Source: an uncultured Gammaproteobacteria bacterium (GTDB lineage Bacteria; Pseudomonadota; Gammaproteobacteria; JACCXJ01). From it: 64,000 nucleotides of DNA. The notes under the pieces are model-generated. The model was given only the letters and a program-made list of their open reading frames with translations, searched no databases and was not told the DNA's origin. Shown piece by piece: positions 58,452-64,000 of this stretch. Both the position numbers and the translations under genes were made by a program. Position 1 is the first letter of the stretch, and the number at the start of each line of letters is the position of its first letter. The DNA is taken from the NCBI GenBank assembly GCA_963764725.1, contig CAVXTM010000009.1, forward strand, positions 96,001 to 160,000, read 5' to 3'.

Positions 58452-60287
58452 ATGAAGTACTCAGCCGTTGTGTTTACGTTGATCCTGACTGGCTCCGTCG
58501 CAGCGGATGCTCTCACCCGATCGGGGGACCAGCTCCAGCCCGACCCGGGCGGCCTCGTCGAGGTCACGATGGACAGCACGGTCGGCGTCGTGCTCGACGA
58601 GATCCCTGAGAGCCTGCGCACACGCGCGGCCGGCTATTACCTGCAAAAGGGGGACGCGTTCTGGCGCGACCGCGCGCAGTTCCAGATCCGTCATACGACC
58701 TATCGCCTCACCTACCGGAACTTTTATTACGAGGACAAGGGTATGCTCGCGTTGCCGCCCCGGGCGCTCTGGAACATCGACCTCGATCCAAGCGGGGCGC
58801 GGCATGTCAAGATCCAAGGACACGACGCGGTGGTCATCGACTACCGGCTCGAGACGACCCTGCTTAGCGACCGCGACTCTCCCGGCGAAGCCGAGCGCAA
58901 GCTACGCCGGGTGGGCGGCGTGTGGAAGGAGCCGTTCAGTTTCCCGCTCGATCCCGAGTTCCTCTTCCAGCGCACCGGCTACGCTTGTGTGGACGAGGAC
59001 GGGTATCCGCCGCGCACGGCCGAGTCGGAGAATGCCTGGCAGCTCTTCGATCAGGACTGTACCGTCGAAACGCCCGACGAGCCATTGTGCCACCTCACCG
59101 AGTTTCCCGACGAATCGTGCAAACCGGCCCTCAGGCGCCACGCGGGCCGCGTCAACACGCACCTCCGCTTCGAGCGCATCGCTTGGGACGCCGATAAGGC
59201 CGACCAGGTCCGCGTCGCTGAGTACACGAACAGCGACGGCCCCGACCTCGAGGTGATCGGTGACGGGCTCTTGAACAACCGGATCGTGTGGCGCTACATC
59301 GAGCCCGACTCCTGTGCCATCCAGGAGCAGTCCGTGGGTGGGCCCGGCTGGCGCCGGCTGCTGGAGTTCGATGCCAGCGTCCGCAACGTCAGCCGCCAGC
59401 CGCTCACCGTCGGGGAGGCCGCGCCCGGTGCGCCCTTCGTGGAGCACAACAACTTCATCCTGGCTGCGTGCCACGGTCACTACCATTACAACCATTACGG
59501 CGACTTCAGCTACTACGGCCTGCCGGGTGACAAGCGCGCCTTCTGCATCGAGTCGACGGACCGCTACTTCAACAGCGAGGAGACCCCGCTCGTCCATCCG
59601 TACTCCTGTGGCTTCCAGGGTATCGCCAGCGGCTGGGGGGACACGTACATCGCCGGCATCGAGGGCAACTGGATCGACATCACCAACATGGACATCCCGG
59701 CCGGGGGGGCCAGGAAGGACCTGCGCTTCCGGCTGAACCCCGACAATTTCATCTGTGAGGGCACCCCCGTCCTCGACGAAGGCGGCAACCAGATCTTCGA
59801 CCCGACCGTCATCATCGGCGAGAACGGGAAAACGGTCGACCGGCCGCGCTGCGAGTTCGTGGCCGACCACGACGAAAATAACTTCGAGGAGCGCCGGATC
59901 CACATCCCGCGCGACGGCTCCTTTATCACCTCGCCTTGTACCCGCAGCCAGGCAGGCCCGCTGCGCGACTGCGGCTGGAGGGAGCAGGCGGAGAACCGCA
60001 CTTGCGAGCCGGGCAGCACCGTCACCCTGAGCTGCCACACCGGGCCGCAGGCGCCACTCCAGGCCCTGCGTATCTGCGAAAACAGCTTGGAGCGCGGCGG
60101 CGTCATCGCCTGCATGTTCCGCGAGGCGCTCGCCACGGCGATTGTCGGCCCGGTACCCACCGCGGTGACCTTCGCCTGCCCCATGCCGCGCGTGCCGAAC
60201 GAGCCGGGCGGATCCTACGGGTACTTCGCCGCGGCGGTCCTGCCCGCCGACCTGGCCCGCCCGGTCACGTGCCAGGTCGTTCCGTAG
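58452..60287 (+). CDS. Large secreted Cys-rich lysyl oxidase-like protein
   Basis: Signal MKYSAVVFTLILTGSVAA, RRLLEFD..VRN, CHGHYH, KRAFCIES, QGIASGWGDTY and NWIDIT. Confidence 0.85.
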   Translation: MKYSAVVFTLILTGSVAADALTRSGDQLQPDPGGLVEVTMDSTVGVVLDEIPESLRTRAAGYYLQKGDAFWRDRAQFQIRHTTYRLTYRNFYYEDKGMLALPPRALWNIDLDPSGARHVKIQGHDAVVIDYRLETTLLSDRDSPGEAERKLRRVGGVWKEPFSFPLDPEFLFQRTGYACVDEDGYPPRTAESENAWQLFDQDCTVETPDEPLCHLTEFPDESCKPALRRHAGRVNTHLRFERIAWDADKADQVRVAEYTNSDGPDLEVIGDGLLNNRIVWRYIEPDSCAIQEQSVGGPGWRRLLEFDASVRNVSRQPLTVGEAAPGAPFVEHNNFILAACHGHYHYNHYGDFSYYGLPGDKRAFCIESTDRYFNSEETPLVHPYSCGFQGIASGWGDTYIAGIEGNWIDITNMDIPAGGARKDLRFRLNPDNFICEGTPVLDEGGNQIFDPTVIIGENGKTVDRPRCEFVADHDENNFEERRIHIPRDGSFITSPCTRSQAGPLRDCGWREQAENRTCEPGSTVTLSCHTGPQAPLQALRICENSLERGGVIACMFREALATAIVGPVPTAVTFACPMPRVPNEPGGSYGYFAAAVLPADLARPVTCQVVP

Positions 60288-60413
60288 CGGCGTGGGCGGC
60301 TCACGACTCCTCTGGCAAAGGCGCCGTTTCCGAGACACGGCGTCGGTCACGAGGATGTACTCAGGAGCCAGGCTCCGGCCGGACCGGCGGCTTCGGGGAG
60401 GACTCCATCCGCG

Positions 60414-61403
60414 TCAGCTCGAAGCGATGTTTGGGGACGGCGCCGGGGTAGAGTACAAGAAGCAGTGGGCGTGATGAGACTGCGTGAACGCCGTGGCCGG
60501 CGGGTAGTCACGCCGGCAAGGAGAAAAGACCTTGGGACAGCGCGGATGAAAGTAGCATCCCGCGGGCGGGTCGGCGGGGGAGGGCAGTGTCCCGCCGAGG
60601 CGCACCGTTTCGCGCTGCGTGACTGTATCGATGTGCGGTACGGCCGCGAGCAGGGCTTGGGTATAGGGATGCTTCGGGTTCTGCAAGACCTCATCGGCGC
60701 GGCCTTGTTCCACGATGCGTCCAAGGTACATCACTGCGACGTAATGGGCGAGATACTCGACGACGGCGATATTATGGGTAATGAAAAGATAGGAGAGCTC
60801 AAGCCGATCTTGCAGATCTTTCAGCAGGTTCAGGATCTGCGCTTGCACGGAGACGTCGAGCGCGCTGGTCGGTTCATCGCAGATGATGAGCCTGGGATCC
60901 ACGGCGAGCGCCCGTGCGATGCAGATCCGCTGGCGCTGTCCGCCCGAGAACTCGTGCGGATAGCGATGCTTGGCGTCGGGGTGCAGTCCGACTTGTTGCA
61001 GTAGCTCATCGATACGCTGCTCGTGCACTCGGCCGCCGGTTTGCTGGGCGCGCATACCTTCTTCGATGATCTCGGCGACAGTCATGCGCGGGTTCAGGGA
61101 GGCGTACGGATCCTGGAAAATGATCTGCATCTCCCGCCGCCGCCGGCGGAGCGTTTCTCCGCTGAGCGAGCGCAGGTCTTCGCCGTCGAACCGCAGGTCC
61201 CCCGAGGTAATGGGCGCCAGCCGCAGGATCCCTTTGCCCGCGGTGGTCTTCCCGCATCCGGATTCTCCGACCAAGGCGAGCGTCGTTCCCCGCCCGATGC
61301 TGAATGACACCCCGTCCACCGCGCGCACATAACCGACGGTGCGGCGCATGAACCCCCGCCGGACGGGGAAAAAGATCTTGAGATCGTTGACTGAAAGCAT
61401 CAC
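60414..61403 (-). CDS. Oligopeptide/dipeptide ABC ATPase (OppF/DppF-like)
   Basis: GESGCGKTT, FSGGQRQR, CDEPTSALD, HPYT and GCYFHPRC. Confidence 0.92.
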   Translation of the reverse strand: MMLSVNDLKIFFPVRRGFMRRTVGYVRAVDGVSFSIGRGTTLALVGESGCGKTTAGKGILRLAPITSGDLRFDGEDLRSLSGETLRRRRREMQIIFQDPYASLNPRMTVAEIIEEGMRAQQTGGRVHEQRIDELLQQVGLHPDAKHRYPHEFSGGQRQRICIARALAVDPRLIICDEPTSALDVSVQAQILNLLKDLQDRLELSYLFITHNIAVVEYLAHYVAVMYLGRIVEQGRADEVLQNPKHPYTQALLAAVPHIDTVTQRETVRLGGTLPSPADPPAGCYFHPRCPKVFSPCRRDYPPATAFTQSHHAHCFLYSTPAPSPNIASS

Positions 61404-62455
61404 CGGGCCGAGGTCCGGCGGGCCTGGTATAGATCCGTGGCCGGCGCCTTCCCGGTCGCCATGGACGGGCGTTGATTCGGCGCGGACGCGGCCGTGTAAA
61501 GGAGGCAACGAACCGTGCGCTCGCCGTCGATGGCGGCTAATGCTGGAACGGATTGACGGCACTCGTCCCACGCGTATCCACAGCGCGGTGCGAACCGGCA
61601 GCCTGTGAAGCGTTGCGTTAACCTGGGCACGGTGCCGGCAATCACCGCCAGCTCCGTACCGCGCTTTGAGATCCCCGGAACGGAATTGAAGAGCTTTTGG
61701 GAATACGGGTGGGCGGGGGAATAAATAAACAACTCTCGATCGGCTTGCTCGACGATCTGCCCGGCATACATGACCGCGACCCGATCCGCGACCTGGGCGA
61801 CGACGCCGAGATCGTGCGTGATGAGCATAATCGCCATGCCCCGGTCTTTTTGTAGCACCTTCAATAGATCGAGGATCTGCGCTTGAATGGTGACATCAAG
61901 AGCGGTCGTCGGTTCGTCCGCGATCAAGAGATCTGGGGCCGCACTGATCGCGATAGCGATCATGACCCGCTGTTTCATGCCGCCCGACAACTGATGGGGG
62001 TAATCGCCTAAGCGCCGCTGCGGGTCCGGGATCCCCACTGCATCGAGTAATTCGAGCGCGCGCGCCTCGACCGCCCGGCCGCGCAGTCCCCCGTGCCGCG
62101 CGAGTGTTTCGGTAATTTGCGCCCCCACGTTCATGACCGGATTGAGCGAGGTCTGGGGCTCTTGGAAAATCATGCTGATCCGCGCCCCGCGGATAGCGCT
62201 CATCCCCGCCTCGGTGAGTTGCAACAGATCCCGTCCGTGGAGCCGGATCCGGCCCGAGACGATGCGTCCGCCGGGAGGTAGCAATCGCAGGAGGGAGAGG
62301 GCCGTCATCGACTTACCGCATCCCGATTCACCGAGTAATACGAAGGTTTCGCCCTGATCGATGTGGAAATCGACGCCATCGACCGCGCGTACCGGACTCG
62401 GTCCGGCGCCGATCCAGGTGCGCAGGTCTGAAACTTCGAGCAGACGAGCGGTCAT
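61400..62455 (-). CDS. Oligopeptide/dipeptide ABC ATPase (OppD/DppD-like)
   Basis: [25 protein letters not shown] and GCRFAPRC. Confidence 0.92.
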   Translation of the reverse strand: MTARLLEVSDLRTWIGAGPSPVRAVDGVDFHIDQGETFVLLGESGCGKSMTALSLLRLLPPGGRIVSGRIRLHGRDLLQLTEAGMSAIRGARISMIFQEPQTSLNPVMNVGAQITETLARHGGLRGRAVEARALELLDAVGIPDPQRRLGDYPHQLSGGMKQRVMIAIAISAAPDLLIADEPTTALDVTIQAQILDLLKVLQKDRGMAIMLITHDLGVVAQVADRVAVMYAGQIVEQADRELFIYSPAHPYSQKLFNSVPGISKRGTELAVIAGTVPRLTQRFTGCRFAPRCGYAWDECRQSVPALAAIDGERTVRCLLYTAASAPNQRPSMATGKAPATDLYQARRTSAR

Positions 62456-62536
62456 GGTGAGCGGATGTGTTCCCCCTCGGCGTTACGGCAACGCCATGGA
62501 CTCAGAGCTTGCTCACTACGATTTCTTCACAAACTC

Positions 62537-62956
62537 TCAGCCGTTTTCCGGAGGCACGGCGCGTGGGCAGCGGTGTTCATCCAGGGCCACGTAGGTGAGC
62601 ACGGCTTGGGTCACTTTGATGCATTCGGCTCGGGCCGGGTGGCGTTCGGCGTAGACCTCGACCTGGACCGTAATCGAAGTACGCCCGACGCGCAACACCT
62701 CGGCGTAACAGCTTACAAGATCGCCGACAAACACCGGCTCACGAAATTCCACGGAGTTGACGGCGACCGTGGTGACCGGTCCGCGCGCCCGCCGGATGGC
62801 GGCAATGCTGCCCGCGATGTCAACGTGCGAGAGGATCCAGCCCCCGAAGATGCTGCCGGCGTAATTGGTATCCGCCGGCATGGGCACGATTCTCAAGGTC
62901 GGTTCTTTCCCTATCGGAAGGCTAACCGAAGTGGAAGAAGCTACGCTTCCCGGCAC
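62537..62956 (-). CDS. Acyl-CoA thioesterase (YciA-like hotdog fold)
   Basis: MPADTNYAGSIFGGWILSHVD..VGRTSI..TYVALD. Confidence 0.9.
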   Translation of the reverse strand: MPGSVASSTSVSLPIGKEPTLRIVPMPADTNYAGSIFGGWILSHVDIAGSIAAIRRARGPVTTVAVNSVEFREPVFVGDLVSCYAEVLRVGRTSITVQVEVYAERHPARAECIKVTQAVLTYVALDEHRCPRAVPPENG

Positions 62957-63097
62957 GTTTATTCTGAAATACCCCGCTGTTTACGACGGGCGCTTTAGCA
63001 TTGGGTTTCCAAAGGGGAGTAGTGCAACTCTCCCCTTTGGTCAAGGGCGGGGTTCATACTCCGCCCGCGAAGTAAAATTGATTCCGGGCATGGGCGT

Positions 63098-63733
63098 TCA
63101 ATAGATGACCAATAAGTTGAAGACACTCGGTCTCAACTGGATCTCCTTGACCTTTAGCGTAGCCTCCGCCACACAGCTCGCATTTTCATTACCCTGCATG
63201 TCTTCAGCCACCGCGGTGACCGCCAACGACGCTTTGCATTGTTGTCCGGGCTGGAGCGAAATTAAGTGCTTCTTCGTAATTGAGGCGAATTCCCCGGAAG
63301 CAGGGTTAAGCTTGTTGCCTGCGGAATCTTGCGTCGCTTGAGCGATCGTTTTCGTCTTATTATTTATGCGTAACTCAACCGTGATTTTTGCCTGACCGCC
63401 GGTTGGGGCCACGTTAAGACGGCTGCGGTAATCGTAGACGCCCACGACATAGTAACGCCCCGGTTTCTTTGCCTTGGCCTCGAATTCATGACCGAGCAGG
63501 GATGTCGCTTGCGCTCGCCCGGCCCCGGTGACGCTTGCCGAGACCTTGATCTGCCCGCTGGTCGCGTCTTCCTCGTGGGTGGCGCTGTTGGCGGGGGAAC
63601 TGCTGTCCGCGCTACCCTCGGCAACGGTAAGCTTCGGGGGCCGAATGATCAAGGTTCTGGCATCCAATATCATGAGGATGATGAACACAATAAACGATGC
63701 GGAAAAGAATGCGAAAAGCAAGATGAGTTCCAT
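63098..63733 (-). CDS. Hypothetical membrane-anchored beta-rich protein
   Basis: N-terminal TM helix and RBS-like GGAG upstream. No family recognised. Confidence 0.6.
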   Translation of the reverse strand: MELILLFAFFSASFIVFIILMILDARTLIIRPPKLTVAEGSADSSSPANSATHEEDATSGQIKVSASVTGAGRAQATSLLGHEFEAKAKKPGRYYVVGVYDYRSRLNVAPTGGQAKITVELRINNKTKTIAQATQDSAGNKLNPASGEFASITKKHLISLQPGQQCKASLAVTAVAEDMQGNENASCVAEATLKVKEIQLRPSVFNLLVIY

Positions 63734-64000
63734 GCGCGATCTCCGGTTAATTATTCTGCGGCGGCGCTCTCAGCGCTTTATCTTGTTATTCCGATCCGGT
63801 GAACTCCGGTGACGAACTCGGTAAAGGTCACAGTATCATACGCGCAGGGCTGTTCCAACGCATGGCGTTGAGACGATTTGCGGACGCACCGGCGCGAATT
63901 CCCTAAAGCTCATGGGTTTCGAGATTCAAGCCTGCGCACGCGCCCAATGACGCGGAGCTGGTGACGATTGCCGTGCTCGCCCGCTCCTTGACGAGATAGG

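Noticed and set aside
58902-60350. 482-aa minus-strand ORF
   Set aside because: Antisense shadow of the GC-rich LOX gene, with no motifs.
1-64000. CRISPR array or rRNA genes
   Set aside because: No regularly spaced repeats, cas genes or rRNA-like sequence seen.
63750-64000. Possible 3' end of a minus-strand gene at the window edge
   Set aside because: Too short to assign a frame or product.

Overview
Bacterial chromosomal window, most likely from a GC-rich gammaproteobacterium (inferred from crp-yhfA, metA, flhG-fliA-cheY). It alternates core genes with heavily IS-scarred accessory DNA. 1-10.3 kb is an accessory patch: ABC1/UbiB kinase, IS982, an IS630-type MITE, a SAM-adenylate cyclase-AAA-TPR gene, IS200 and IS91/ISCR remnants, a decayed DUF4157 metalloprotease gene, and an xth pseudogene joined abruptly to the 3' end of mfd. 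A 5-oxoprolinase follows at 11.1-14.8 kb. 14.8-22.7 kb is an island-like block ending at tRNA-Arg(CCT). It holds an IS91-type end followed by an integron-cassette-like DUF3800 gene, a REP/RAYT remnant, GNAT and HD genes, a secreted alpha-dioxygenase-like heme peroxidase and a SLOG-like gene. 23-33 kb holds MarR, an ATPase-metA pair, degenerate HD-GYP and GGDEF genes, crp, yhfA and a pilin/ABC module. 33-38 kb is a histidine kinase destroyed by IS256::IS630 and a second IS256. 38-49 kb holds flhG-fliA-cheY divergent from a Che2-like chemosensory operon; three sigma28-type promoters were found across 26-41 kb. 49-60 kb holds a c-di-GMP two-component block plus porin, SET-domain, DMT and two divergent lysyl-oxidase-like genes. 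60-64 kb holds peptide ABC ATPases and a thioesterase. All calls come from motif recognition only; no database searches were run.
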